A stretch of 62,752 nt of DNA, filler included, from Catajapyx aquilonaris (Eukaryota), in NCBI GenBank assembly GCA_000934665.2. It is 3 parts of 3 records of this genome, joined end to end, with 100 filler letters (N's around TTAATTAATTAA, not from the genome) between each part and the next. Parts side by side here need not be neighbours in the genome. Positions count along the whole stretch, not along the records: positions 20,886 to 41,944 come from KZ539496.1; 2 more parts are not named here. One strand, 5' to 3'. Under the pieces are notes generated by a model. It was not told the origin of the DNA. It saw only the letters and a program-made list of their open reading frames with translations, and did no database searches. The first letter of the stretch is position 1, and every line of letters starts with the position of its first letter. The translations under genes and the position numbers were made by a program. This document shows, piece by piece, positions 26,361-40,036 of the stretch.

Positions 26361-26644
26361 AAAATTCGTCTAACAGTGAGAAATAAGACAACTGTTGAAA
26401 ATTTCGACACCTTTCACTCTGAAGGTTATAAATTGGTCCCACAGGACACCAACAATTTGTCTGTCCAAGTTGTAACAAGGAGACAAAACGTGTCCGGATC
26501 GTAAGAAACAAATGTCTGGATCTGGCAAAGCGATGCTTTTCGGGAGGGAAGGTGAGGTACAGTCTGGATGGGTTGGTTTGGAGCCACGGAGCCACAGCTG
26601 CAAGAAAAAAGAAAGAGGTCTTTGGAGTCATCCATTTCTTCCTC

Positions 26645-26712
26645 TCTTCTTCTTCTTCTTCTTCTTCTTCTTCTTCTTCTTCTTCTTCTTCTTCTTCTTC
26701 TTCTTCTTCTTC
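26645..26712. repeat. (TTC)n microsatellite
   Basis: ~22 uninterrupted TTC units. Confidence 0.98.
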
Positions 26713-28729
26713 TTTTCCTTCCCCACCAAGGAATAAGACTAATGCCCCCCTCACCCGGAGAGACCCTGGGGTTAGAAAGAGAATGGCTTCATCCACACCG
26801 AATTCCCCTTCTCACGCAGCCAGCCTCTGCCAAAGATCATGAAATATTACGGCCTCCGAATTTCAAATTCAATCCTCCCCCCCCCCTCCCCACAACTTCT
26901 GGTGTCCCCTTCCTTCCTCTCCCAAACACCATCGGACCAGATGGGGTTCTCTCTCTGCTCAAAAACTGCTCACAGACCTCAAGATAAAAACCAGACTCGC
27001 ATCGGGTAACAACAGGAAAAAAAACCCCTGGGAAACGATCAGAGTTACAAGAAAGAGAGCCTCTGTTTGTCCAGGGTGAGTCATCTCCACTAACCTAGGT
27101 GCATGTAGTAGCATGTTCCTCCGCATGGCCCTGAAAGTGGCAGCACCGTGTAGAGAGGGAGGTTGCGCCATCTCCCGGGGGCAGTGTTGCCAAGTTTCGG
27201 CAAAATTAACTTTGCGACGTTGCCACATTTTCAACAGGGCGGGTTTTCTTCCAAATTGTGACCGTTTTTTAAAAAAAGAGCGGATGCTTGGATACGATAG
27301 CGGTATGCCTGTACACTAACAAGCACATACGCCTTGAAAAGCCTGAGCATCGCATTCCGACGCCAATGGAAATTCCAGTGCGCCGAACCGAGCAAGGGTT
27401 GGAAATAATAAAAAGGAGGCTCATCGACTACACCCATATAATAATTTATCTGGAGAAACCCGCGACATCAACCTCTGAGAAATCCCCTTTTACCATTTGC
27501 ATAAGGGATTTCATTTAGCACATATGTACTTGCTGGGGGAAGGATTTCGTGGCCAGCATAACAAGATTTGAGTCGTCCAAGCGTGTGCAGGCCGCGTGTG
27601 GTGCGAGGCGGAAGGGGAAAGTTGTCTATTTCCACACGCTCCTCCGGCTCGCAAAGTCCGACAGTGTGTAAAGTTGTCGAGCTGCGAGCTAAAATATACT
27701 TTCAAATCGAGATAGATATATAGTAGGAGGAGAGAGAGAGGGGCTCACCTGAAAGTTTGTCCCTAATAGGCTTCCATGGCAACGAGTGCCATCGCCTACA
27801 TATTATTTGAAGGGCCTCGTCCCCTTTGAATCGCAGCTTCTCAGGGACTGCTGTGATGGAGGATCCTGATTGAACTGGCATTTCAAAAGGGCACGATACG
27901 TCAGGTGGGGGGGCGGGAGGGACTATGGGTCTTGACTCCCCTTTTTGATGCAAGAGAGTTGAGTGAAAAAAAGCCATTGCATATGATCCAAGTGCATTGT
28001 GAAAATGTACGGATACAGCGAGTATGAATATGTTCCTAGAAGTATCTCTCTTTTTTTATTGAAGGTAAAGGATGGAGAGAGTCAAAGAGCGGAATGTACA
28101 ATTCTTTTTTATTTTGGAGCCCCCGATATTTTAGGTTCAAGTGACAACCATCGATCTGACGCTTAACAATGGGGTTTTGAGTCGGCCCCGTCACATAGAG
28201 TTTTAAAAAAATTTGTAGGTTGTCATCTGTCGGATGAGTTGCTTCGATCCGAAATCAGATTCATGTTGGAGGTGGTTTTTTTAGTGCGGAAAAAAATTGG
28301 CCTATGATATTGGCGACCAGAACTTTTCGATTGGAAAGCTAAACAGTGATAAATGTATAGGATGTCAGCTGTGGGATTTCGTGAGGAAAGGACCCCTGGT
28401 CGAGTAGGCTGTGATATTATAGTTAATAAAACGGTATCTTTCGGGTTTTCTTGTCTTTTTCGAGGAAAATATATACTTTTTCTATAATTGATATTTCTTC
28501 TCGTCGTCCTCCATCTCACATTTTCTCGAGAGCCGTGCCTGAATTTGTCATTCCCTCTTTGCTAAATTGTCGGGCGTTGACGTGGCAGCGGAAGGGACAA
28601 CAATGCGCTACCCTAGTTTGTTGATCGTGGAATAATATTCTGGTCAGTTCGTTTAGAGCTTCCGGACAAACTGTGTCGCCTTCATCTGGTAAATTCTAAT
28701 AGTTCCTCACAGCTGCATCCGTGGCCAGT

Positions 28730-29381
28730 ATGGCAGCTTCAATCCACGGTCTGGCTGGAGTCCTACTAGTCCTAGTCCTTGCGATTGTCACCCCACCAGG
28801 TCAGCCATATGCACAGTCTACAGGTTCCACATTTGTTGAAAAACTCATCGATGGTTCTTTGTCGGCAGCCACAGGTTTGCACTGCTATGATTACTGGTGC
28901 GAACTACTTGAGGATTCAGATGCTCCATGCAATGTCTCTCGTGTGGAAATGCGAAATTGCGACGACTTGAGTGACCCAATTATTCGTGAAGATACTTGCA
29001 AATCTCATCCTAACCACACATCCGTATGTATACCTGGTACTGTTGCAAGTCAATCAGGACTGACTGTGAGTATAAGTCCTGCCTACGGTATGATGACCTA
29101 CTCACACTACCTTTTTTTTCTTCTCCCAAGTGCGCAGGATAGTCTTCTCCTGCATACTAGCAACAAAGCGGTATTATGAGAAGTATAAGGATTGCCGGGT
29201 AAGTGATGGTGCAATTGTCAAGGAAACGTTGTGCCTTTGCAGAGGGGACTTATGTATAAATCCCAGAAATGGACCGCCCCCTCGCCCCGGAAGTGCATCA
29301 ACCAAAGCCATCTTCTCTGTCGTCCTCGTCTTCCTTCCCATTGCCAGTTCCCATGGTTTCATCCTGTTTTCAAACAATTAA
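28730..29381 (+). pseudogene. Ly6/three-finger (quiver-like) GPI protein copy 1; exons 28730-28799, 28869-29065, 29131-29381; 2-nt frameshift at ~29030
   Basis: Signal peptide, LHCY start, C-x-C-xx-D-L-C-x-N end, hydrophobic tail; exon 2 is 197 nt, and removing TA from GTATGTATACC restores CTWYCCK as in paralogs. Confidence 0.7.
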
Positions 29382-29726
29382 AAGCTTTCCAACCAGCCCA
29401 TGCCTTGGTCTTTCACTTGACAACCTCCCATTTGGGAACATGGTGGCCATCACTATGAACTCATACTCCTATGAACAAAGGGACTGGTTTCAATCCCATG
29501 CTTCTTCCATCTTTTGCCACACCTCTCCGGGCACGAAATCTGTAAGGATTTGTCATTTCCTCGTTGCTGCGTGAGATTGTCGCACAACAGAAGGTACAAC
29601 AATGCCCCTTCCTTGGTTGCTTGTTGATTCTGGAATAATTTTAGGTCAGTTCGTGTAGGAGCTTCCTGACACATGTTGGGAAGGTAGCATTAACCTGATA
29701 AATTCCAATAGCTCCATCCTGTGGCT

Positions 29727-30425
29727 ATGATGATAGCTTTCATCCACGGTCTGGCTGGAGTCCTTCTCCTCCTAGTACTTGCGATTGACACACCACAAGG
29801 TGAGCCATAGGCACCTGCAGGTTCCGTACTTCTTTTTTGTATGACTCATCGACGGTTCTTATCGGCAGGCACAGGACGGTATGAACTGCTATAGCTACGG
29901 TTGCAACAGAACCCATGATTTACGTGTGCGATGCAATGCCTCTGAAGGGGAAATGCGGAACTGCGACGAGTTGAGTGTCAGATTTATTCCTGAAGATACT
30001 TGCAAGTCTTACCCTTACCACTCCTACAAATGTTCCTGGTACTGCTACAAGTCGATCAGCAGAGAGATCGTAAGTCATGCCCCGACAAAATAATTCTGTT
30101 TGTAAGGCTATCTACAGGGGATGTTGCTCCACAACATGTTCACATAACCTTTTTTTCTCCCCAAGTTGACAGCGTAAGCTTCTCCTGCGTACTAGCAACA
30201 GAGGAGTATTATCAGAAGTATAGGTATTGCCGGGTAAATGATGATGCACTTCTAGAGGAAACGTTGTGCCTCTGCAAAGGGGACTCATGTGCACCCAAAG
30301 ATGGCCTGCCCCGGCCCCGGCCCCCTCGCCCCGTCAGTGCATCGACCAAGGCCACCTTCTCTGTCATCCTGATCTTCCTTCCCATTGCCAGTCTCCATAA
30401 TTTCATCATGTCTTCAAACAATTAA
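29727..30425 (+). pseudogene. Ly6/three-finger copy 2; exons 29727-29799, 29869-30069, 30166-30425; frame disrupted
   Basis: Same exon layout and Cys skeleton; +1 nt at the start of exon 2 gives an early TAG, and +2 nt in the AG repeat before the donor. Confidence 0.7.
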
Positions 30426-30901
30426 AACCCTTCCAACCAGTCCCTTTCTTGGTTTTTCATGTGGCATGACCTGCATCATATCCATCACACGGATCCAAAC
30501 ACGGATAATCGGAAAATGGTTCTAGATCATGTAAAAGTACGGTTCAGAGGTTTCAAATGCACTACCGTACATAGTATATGCTGCTTTAAATAAGTAATGA
30601 AACTTACTACAAATGTTTAGTTTGTCTGATGAGAATTACATCAATTATGTCAATATGTTCAATCCGACAGATATCCCAACACCTTGTGTGGGTCACAACT
30701 CGCGTCACCTACGACTGATGTTACGTAAATCACTAACTGTCGATGTCGAGCTGTCCAAATTGTGGGATATGTGACTGAGCATGTGACCAGTGGAATGTCG
30801 CACACGTTTTTCAGGTTACATTTTAGAGGACAACTAATTCCATTGTTGCATTCTCATTGTGGTAGGATGGCCCATTCACAGAACCTTTTCTTTCTCCCAA
30901 G

Positions 30902-31176
30902 CTAAGAAAATTGACTTCAACTGCGCTCTGGCATCAGAGCAGTATTATCAGGAGTATAAGGATTGCAAGGAATATGATGGTGGTCTTATTAGGTCAATTA
31001 GGTGCATTTGCGAAGGGAACTTATGTGAAAATAACGGAGTTAGACAGCCGACCCAAAGCCCGGACCGGTCCCATCGTCGCCACGGCAGTGCATCAACCAA
31101 GACCACCTTCTCTGTCGTTCTCCTGTTCCTTCCTATTGCCAGTCTCCATGCTTTCATCATGTTGTCAAACTATTAA
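30902..31176 (+). pseudogene. Ly6/three-finger copy 3, last exon only
   Basis: KKIDFNCALASEQYYQEYKDC...CICEGNLCEN...GPI-like tail; exons 1-2 not found, TE-like sequence upstream. Confidence 0.7.
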
Positions 31177-33054
31177 AACCCTTCCAACCAACCCTGCCTT
31201 GGTCTTTCACTTGATAACCTCCAATCTGCACTGTATGAAAATGGAGTGCAGTATACATTGGGGGATGTTTCGTTGTCCACTGCAACGAGGTTATACCATG
31301 GCATATATTATAAAATACACTAAATATGGAGCCTGCAATCAGCTGAAAACATATCTAAAAGTAATTTCGATCATACAGCCCCGCGGAGTGGAGGAGATGA
31401 TAATAAAATGAGCAGATAAAAGTATGGGAATGGAAGGAAGGGAAGGCGACAATTTGCCTACTGCTTGGCACCAGCAGACTATGGCTTGGAAGTTAATGAC
31501 TGGTGCTGCCTCCCCCCTTCCCTTCCATTTAAATTGGGGAGGTGTGGGTGGAGGGGGTGGAGGAAGTATTCTATTCTCCAAGCCAACCAAGCAACACCAC
31601 GCCCCCTATATAATCAGCAGTGTTATTTTCACAATGATATACGCAAGAGTATATGTTCAAAAGAAGTTTCCCCAAAGTGCAATATTGTGCCTAAATATTT
31701 TAAAATATTTTGTCAACCAATTTTAGAACCCTCTTGCCGAGTAGGACATTATTGAACGAAACAATTGTCGGAACAATAGACTTGCGCTTGTGTGGATGCG
31801 CACTCGGTTGCGTTAGTAAACAAATTCACTAGGCCTCCAGGGTGCCAGAGAGGTTCTCATCACCCAAAAGAGTGGGTCCTATACTATAGGCCACTAGTAC
31901 GCCAAATGAATTCAACCGATAAACTTCTAGGCATAATAGAAGGGACCAAGACAAACATGGCGTTCAGAAGTAAGGCAGGTGTCCAGTAGTGGACAGTGTC
32001 CCCAAAAGTGGACAGCTGAAGACTTTGAACCTAAATAACAAGGGAACGCGCCAATATTGAGTTGGAAATGATAGGTCTGGCATCATTTCACATCCCTTTG
32101 GGGTTGACTGATAACCACATATTTACTATTCATGGCCTACTGAGTGAATGAAAAACGTGTGAACACGTCAGCTCTGATTTACGCATTGAAAGGGTGCTTT
32201 TCTTAGATGATTCGCTAAGAGACACGTAGAAAGTAAAACATTCCAAATCGTAAGTTATACGTGTTACTTCGGGTTTTTGTGAGTGGAAAAGGATATAAAT
32301 GCTTCAAAATTTGCAAATATGATGCCCTTTTGTGTCAGTCTTTATATTTAAAAAAGTTTTAGCTTGGGCGTCCATTACTGGACCCAAAAAAACGTTGATG
32401 TTCCAATTCATTTTCTATTGACATGATCCTCCATACGCCCACAAAAGTAAAATTTTTGTGCCTGTTGGAGGTTTTTTTCGTGCCTAAAAATCCGGACTCT
32501 TCTCATAACCCAAAATGACATTTCATTTTGTCTGGACTTTGTTTATGACTCGGAGCAGTAAAAAAAAACCAACCAAAACCCTCGAAATATTAAGGTCATT
32601 CCGAATCACGTGAGCCGAAATATTGTTCGACCATATATTACATTTTGCTGAAAAAGTCACGGCTGGACACACCCATTCCATAATGCTAAATTTCAGCCAT
32701 ATACCTTCGTGGTCCCGAAATGTTGGAAAGGGCAGAAAATGAAGCTCGGGCCATGAATTATGCAAGGAGAGTATGTCACTCATTGCTAAGTGAGATTGTT
32801 TGGCCGTTGCCATGAAATTGCACCAACAATGCCCCTTCCATTGGCTTGTTGATTTTCGAACAACAGATATTCTGGTCAGTTCGTTTAGACTCTGTGGAGC
32901 TTCCGGACAAACTGGTTGGGAAGGTAGGCCAATGTACACGGAAAATGAGAGAAAGATCTGACATCATCGTTTCCTTCGTTGTTGCTTTTTTGTTGACACT
33001 GGTGAGGGCATTTCCTTAGCCTTCGTCCCATAAATTCCAGTTCACATCTGGAGT

Positions 33055-33965
33055 ATGGCTTCCATCCACTGTCCGGCTGGAGTCCTACTCCTCCTTGTGT
33101 TGGTTGCCTCACCAGGTAAGCCATATGCACCTGCAGTTTCCTTGCTTTTTAACAACTCAAAACGATGGTTCTTTATCGGCAGCCACATATTGTCTGGACT
33201 GCTGGTTTCACGTATGCCGCATAGGGGAGCGATGCTATCCTTCTAAGGGGGAAATCAAGAACTGCGACGAGATGCCCCCTTTCTCTCCTGATCCTGCTTG
33301 CGGATCTTATTCTGACGGCCGCCAACCCAGCAGCTGTTCCTGGTACTGCTACAAGGGAATCCTTCCTGAGGGTATTAAAATAAGACTCTAGAGTTTCGCT
33401 CTAGACCATTGTGGTAGGATGACCCATTCACAGAACCTTTTCTTTCTCCCAAGTTGACAAAATTGCCTTCACCTGCGCTCTCGCATCAGAGCAGTATTAT
33501 CAGGAGTATAAGAATTGTAAGGGATATCATGGTGGTACTTCGAAGTCAAAGATGTGCTTTTGCGAAGAGAACTTGTGTGAAAATCACGGAGATGGACCCC
33601 TGACCCAGAGACCGGGCCGGGCCCTTCGCACCGCCAATTGCAATGCATCAACCAAGACCACCTTCTCCGTCGTCCTGATATTCCTCCCATTGTCAGTCTC
33701 CATGCTTTCATCATGGTTTCAAACTATTAAAACCCTTCCAACCAGTCCATGCCTTGGTCTTTCACTTGATAACCTCCAATCTGTACTGTATATGAGAATG
33801 AAGTGCAGTACAAAAGGGGATGTTTCTTTGTCCATGCTGGCAACGAGGTTATACCATGGTATATATTACAAATACACTAAATATGGAGCCTGCAATCAGC
33901 TGAAAACATATCTAAAAGTAATTTCGATCATACAGCCCCGCGGAGTGGAGATGATAATAAAATGA
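33055..33965 (+). CDS. Ly6/three-finger copy 4; exons 33055-33115, 33183-33371, 33454-33965; domain intact, 1-nt deletion in the GPI-signal region extends the C-terminus
   Basis: In-frame splice through CFCEENLCEN; TTCCTCCCATTG versus paralog TTCCTTCCTATTG bypasses the homologous TAA at 33728. Confidence 0.7.
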
Positions 33966-34593
33966 GCAGATAAAAGTATGGGAATGGAAGGAAGGGAAGG
34001 CGACAATTTGCCTACTGCTTGGCACCAGACTATGGCTTGGAAGTTAATGACTGCTGCTGCCTCCCCCCCTTCCCTTCCATTTAAATTGGGGAGGTGTGGG
34101 TGGAGGGAGGTGGAGGAAGTATTCTCTTCTCCAAGCCAAGCAAGCAACACCACGCCCCTGCAATCACGGTTTTCTTCCAGCTTTTCTTGGCCGAGTCCCG
34201 CTGGAAAAGCAGAGCCCCCATTCCTCTGGGAAATAAAGTAAGTAACTTCCAACTTTCCCTCCTCCTCCTCCTCCTCCGACTGTGATTAAGAGAACCTTGG
34301 AAGCTACAGGGGAATGCTGCTGCTGCCTCTTGCTGTAGCGCCTTCGCATTGTCGTCCGGACTTTTCAACTTTTCTCGGCAGCCAAGAGTTGAAGAAGAGG
34401 GAGGGGAAGAAAAAAAGTTTTTCTTTTTCTACTCTTTAACACACAAAAACGTGCGGTGTTCAGACACCTTGTTGTTTCCAGTTTGGGTGGGGGAAAAAAT
34501 AAAAGTGTCGGTGTTGATTAGGGACGATTAGTCCAAACGGTTTATGTGTTTCTGCATTATTATTATTTATGACTCTCATGTTTGTGGACTTAC

Positions 34594-34801
34594 CGTGTAC
34601 GTCTATGCAGCCGTATCTCTTCCTCATGACCGACGTGTTGATCTGACACATGTAGCAGCCCCGATCGTTCTCTTTGACCTGCCTGATGTGCAGGTTCCAG
34701 GTGTGGTGGCTGTCGTGGGTCACGCTGACCCTCGAGTTGTGGGTCACCACCTTGTTGTGCAGGGTCAGGATGGTCTGGTCCTCAGCCTTCAGCCAACCCA
34801 C
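34594..34801 (-). CDS. Ig-domain exon of DIP/lachesin-family neural adhesion protein (DIP-gamma-like)
   Basis: VGWLKAEDQTILTLHNKVVTHNSRVSV...DRGCYMCQINTSVMRKRYGCIDVH; cag acceptor, gtaag donor. Confidence 0.88.
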
Positions 34802-36812
34802 CTGGTCGTGTCAGACAACAATTAACAAAACAGCTGGTTACAGTGCAACCCCCCTCCCAAAATATCTCTACAATGATTTAGATCGCGGTTTGGGTTGACG
34901 TCTCGCCTGAAATGCGTCCCATGATATTGACTGGCTCCCCAGCACATATATACGAGGGGTGGTTTATCCCCATCTGTAACCTGCGGCGTGACAAATTCGA
35001 GCCCGCAGTTACAAGAGAGCGATGACAACCGGCGATCAACATTTCTGCATAATTTTATCATCCGTCAATTGATGCATGTACAGCCAGGCAGATAATGTCC
35101 CGCTTTTAACAATTTTGTTTTATTTTTAACCTTCAATTATTATTCATCTCCTGGGAGTCGCCGGCTTGCAAACAAAAACGTTATTTATTATCCCATTCCG
35201 GAAGGCGGCCCTTAGAGCAAACGACGTTAAAAAAAAGTAATGACCGGAAGTCGGCAGTGTTCAAGCGACTCCTTTTTTTTGTCGGTCCAACTCTTGAATT
35301 TCATTGTGTTGGCACGCCAAAACCGCCTTATACATTACGTTATTTTTTTGTCTTCTCGGCCCAGCAAACTCCTGTCACCACTAGACTGTTTGTGCGAAAA
35401 TGAAATTTGCAGCGGGCAAGGAGCCTGAGGGACTTGTTTCTTTTGGAGGCCGACTCGTCTCTATGGAGGATAAGCCTCCAAGTCGGCTAAGAATCAATAT
35501 TGACAGCAGAAGGATGTCGCACGTCTATAGGCCCACAAAACGGAACAATAATCCAACACAGTTTAAACACAGACACCTAAAATTTAGATGAAAAAAATTG
35601 CAACGCAATGACAACTCCACATTAACACATTAAATGTTTTGTGAATCCGATTTCATGGCTTTTAACCCGTGATCACCACGGTCAGATTGACAAAATCAAA
35701 GTGGAAACGTTGTTGTATGCTAAACATGGCGATAACAAGCCCACACAGTTTGCACTCACGCTCAAGTGACCTCTCTCCCTCTGCGGGTACAGTTCTGGAC
35801 ATTAATGGTGTCGTACTTGTGGCGCCACGAGCCGATGACGGCAAAGGAGCGAACCACCTTCACTCGATCCAGTGAAGGTGGTCATCCGGAGGGAAAATTT
35901 CGATTCTATTTTGCATCTGTGTTGGCTTTTTTTTTAAATATAAAAATCTTTTGCGCTGATAACACTAGTTTTGTGAGGCAGTTGACCACTCGCAATCGCA
36001 ATGATCCAAGTCCTCTCATTAGATAAATGTTGGAGAGAGAGAGCCGTGAATCCCCCGCTAGTTTGAGAAGTGCTGGAAGGCGCGTTTGTGGTAATGAATC
36101 TGTGAAGAGGAGCAAGGAATCTGACGTGGGGCGATAATTATTTTGGGGGGGGGGGGNNNNNNNNNNNNAATGGGTTTTGGGCCAAGGACCGCACGCGGAC
36201 ACGATCCTAGGCTCAGTCTCTTTCTCTCTTGCAACCAAACCCAAGAACCAGCCACCAATCAGTCCTCCAGACCCAATCCCCTCTGGTACACAATTAGAAG
36301 CCTCCTGCCGAGAAGACGCAGGGGCTTCCAGAGCCTCATTTCCTCCCAATGCCGCCATCTTCTTTACATAGGAAAAAAAATTGCATCCGCGACCCCCATC
36401 CAAACGCAATTTTCGAAAATATTCAGACCCTCTTTTCATGGGATTAGTGTTCACCCGATTGGATATATTTTTTTTAATGTTATGTACTACGTCGCTAATA
36501 TAAATTTTAAATNTTTTTTGGGGGGGGGGGGGCGAATGAAAATCTCAGCGTCTCAGGCTTCTGTCGCCCGAATCTAGTAAAATCCATCCGTAATCAATCC
36601 TGCTTTTCCTTTCCTTTTCCCTCTTCCTCCCAACCGAATTTTCCCCATGACTGATACCAACCCTGACTACCAATGAGGACAAACCTATCGCCTGCTCTCT
36701 CTCTCTCTTTTTTTATACATATCACTTGAAGGCAAAGGAAAAGTGTAGACGCCGCAAATTTTTTTGGGGGGCTTCCGATTTCGAATTCAACGAGTGAATA
36801 AAATTTCCGTAC

Positions 36813-36931
36813 CTTGTACTTTCCCAGGTTGGTAACGACGCAAGACAGCACCGCTTCTCTTCCGACCGGTACCGTCACGTTCTGTATCGCCTCAGCAAAC
36901 TCCGGCTCCTCGTACGGACCACTCTCCTGTT
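36813..36931 (-). CDS. Preceding exon of the same DIP-like gene (first half of Ig1)
   Basis: EPEFAEAIQNVTVPVGREAVLSCVVTNLGKYK joins in phase 0 to VGWLK. Confidence 0.85.
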
Positions 36932-39900
36932 CTGAAATGGTAAGAAACAAGTCATATATCGTGTCATTCCTCGTCGTCTCAAATCAAAAAGTCCAGCAGT
37001 TTCTTTCGGGTTATAAACCCCTCCAAAGTATGAGAAGGGCTGGTTTTTTTTGGAAAGAAGAAGAAGAAGAAGAAGAATCTAGCTGAGCAAGCGTTGTTGG
37101 GGGGGAGCCCGTAAGCATATATATTAAGCTGAACGACCACAAAACGATTCCCAGAATGTGGTTCTGGAGGCCATTAGCCTACTTCCACTCCTTGAGAGAC
37201 GGATTTGTGTGGTGAGTAGCTCCTTTAAGATGGGCGACCGAAAAGTTCAAGGAGACTCGAGTAAAAGGGTACTGCTTGCAATTTAATTCTGGAGGGGGCA
37301 AACTATGATAGTTCCAACCCCTTAAGAACAGGCCAATATGTCACTCAAAACCGTAAAAGCATTTTAGCCCGTACACCGCCGTAATGTAATTGGGGAGGCC
37401 TCCATACGCAACACTGTTAAGTAGCCGACGGTGGTCATCATCAGAATGGGTTTGCCCATTAAGATAATTAAATGAAATTTGCCAACTTCATAAGCCCCCA
37501 ATCTCTGCTACTGGAGTTGTCCAAATAGCAAAAAAAATAATCGCAAAATACGGCAGGATATCGCGCAACATCTGTGCAGAAAAACAATGTCGCAGTTTTT
37601 ACGGTGTGAGAATTCCATTTTATGGATTTTTTTTGTGTGTGCATCCGACCCAATTTTCGCTATAGGGTGGGGCTTATTTCGTCAAATTTGGACGACCCCA
37701 CAATTATTGCGCCCTCCTGGCTGTTAAATCGTGACATTACCCCCCATTTTTCCTCCCCATCACATTACAGATACATTATCAAAGTATTGCACCCACTAGA
37801 GACAATTTAATGCTTAGGTTCATCACCGGGTTTGCATCGATTTCATGCAAATTGTTATTTGTTGTGTCAGCAGTGATTACCATGTTTGAAGGTTAATTTC
37901 AAATACGTGCGGATCCAATTACCCGGCTGTCTTATTGTGTCCTAAATGACGCCAGATTTTTCTGTTAAAAAATTTAATATAAATTGCGCAGATTTTTTTC
38001 CCCCCGTATAAAATAATATACCGGTTTGCAATATGTCAAGCTCCGAGGATATAAGTTTGGGGGAAGAGCTTTACTCTTGGTTATTAAACCTGATTTTTTT
38101 TNNNNNNNNNNNNNNNNNNNNNNNNNNNNNNNNNNNNNNNNNNNNNNNNNNNNNNNNNNNNNNNNTCCTGTGCAGTTTTAACCCCCCCCCCCTCTTTTTT
38201 TCCCCCCTTCCCACCCACCCTTGCATCCTAAACAAAAAAAATATTTCATGCATCGTGTTCACAGCCCGAGTCACATCAAAGTGCCAGATAGCTCTGGCAG
38301 TACGTACTCGAGGTCCAATTACCGCTGGCAAAAAAAAGGCAGTCGTCGATCAGCAATCCATGCAATATTCATGCGATGGCAGGAAAAGAAGAGAGAGAAA
38401 AAAAAGTGAGGCGGAAGGTATATGCTTTACATATGCAGCACGCTTGGTGTAATATAGAAGCTTACAGGATGGGAAAGGAAGAAAAAAAACCAAGGGGCTT
38501 GAGGTTTAAGAGGCTCGCCACTACCCGCGGAAACACCCGGAATTCCTTTAGGTTCTCTCTTTTTTTTTAACCCAGGGAAAGGATCGAAGCGTCTGATCGA
38601 AGTTGAGGTCCATCTGCCCCATTGGCCGTGTGAGCCTGAGGGAGGGGTGTTCCAACAGCAAGTAGAGAGAGAGACCTGGCCCGAAATAACCTTCCAATTA
38701 GTTGCATCCTCTCTCGCCAGCCACACACCTAATCGAGCTTAGAGCAAAGGGAACCTACCCAATTTGGCAGGAAAACCTCCGGAGTGATACCAAACAATGC
38801 TCAGTCCCTTGCAAGGCACACCCCCCAACAATGTGTCAGATCATAAACAAATCCTCAACATTATTGGAGGGGTCTATTTCACCAAAGGGAAGTGTCTATT
38901 ATCTCTGCCAATAATGAAGTGTAATAACATGATTAAATCCACGATCCGCAAGCTGGTTTCGGTTGGGTGTAATTGCGACCGATTTATTACGCAATAAAAG
39001 TAAGTAAGAGGCTTGCCGTCAAAATCGATTCTGCTGGTAATGTCGAAGAAAGGTACAAATTGGGCGAACTGTTATCACAGCTCCCATTGTTATCATAGCT
39101 TACAACCCCGACCTCGGGAAAATGGAAACTCGTCACATCCAGCCAAGAAAATTTTGGACACCTTCCAAAAACATGCCTGATATGCTCCCCTTCTAAAGGT
39201 GCCTGAAACTCCCCCTCCCCCTTTCAAAATCCTCCTGATTTGGTCAGCACTCTCCCATGGGTTACACCTTGCCCCTGGTCTAATCAAGGGGGGGCCCTCG
39301 AACCACCGAAGGGTAATTAATCTGCTCAATCCTCCCCTCCCAGAGAAAGGTTTGGGGGAGAGGAGGGAAAAAAATCACCATTTGCTCTCTCGAAACAAAT
39401 CCGGGCAGTGCTTCTGGGATCCGAAAAGACAAGAGAGAGAGAAAGCCCCCCTCCCCTGAATTTCCGGGGGAGGATCACAAGTTTGCACCGCTCATTAGAG
39501 GTCTAGGGCCCTGGGTATATTCATGCCCAACCCAAGCTGCCGGGTCACTCCGGCCGAAGTCCCCGGGCTTATCTCACGCCTCACTCCCGCGGCAATTATC
39601 GCAGACCCAGAGACTTGTTTCGCGGCGACCGAATGAGCCAATACGGGAGGGGAAAGGGGGGGGGGGGCGAATAGACGATGCTGGTTGTGCGCTCAGGACC
39701 TCTCGAACTTTAAGTATCGACTATTGCAAAATCGAAGGGACCATAATCGTTACGACGGAAGGAAACTGAAGGCAGCCGGGTAGGGGGGGTAGGCCTAAAC
39801 ACTTCCTCCGAGCTGGGGGTGGAGGAGGAAAGTGGTGGAAATGAGGCCAATGAGGAACACTCCCTCCTCCTACTCTACCCCCACCCTCACTTATTGTCCT

Positions 39901-40036
39901 GGCCCCCACACAGATTGCTCAAAGTTGATTCGCGCGCAGAACATGCCTCTGCTCGATTGATCTTGGACTGGAGGAGATGCAATTTGACTGGGTTTGTACG
40001 ACCCAGCTTGGGTTTGTCCGCGGTGAGTCATCACTT

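Noticed and set aside
26188..26987. Poly-E/S/L/F ORFs
   Set aside because: Products of the (TTC)n microsatellite
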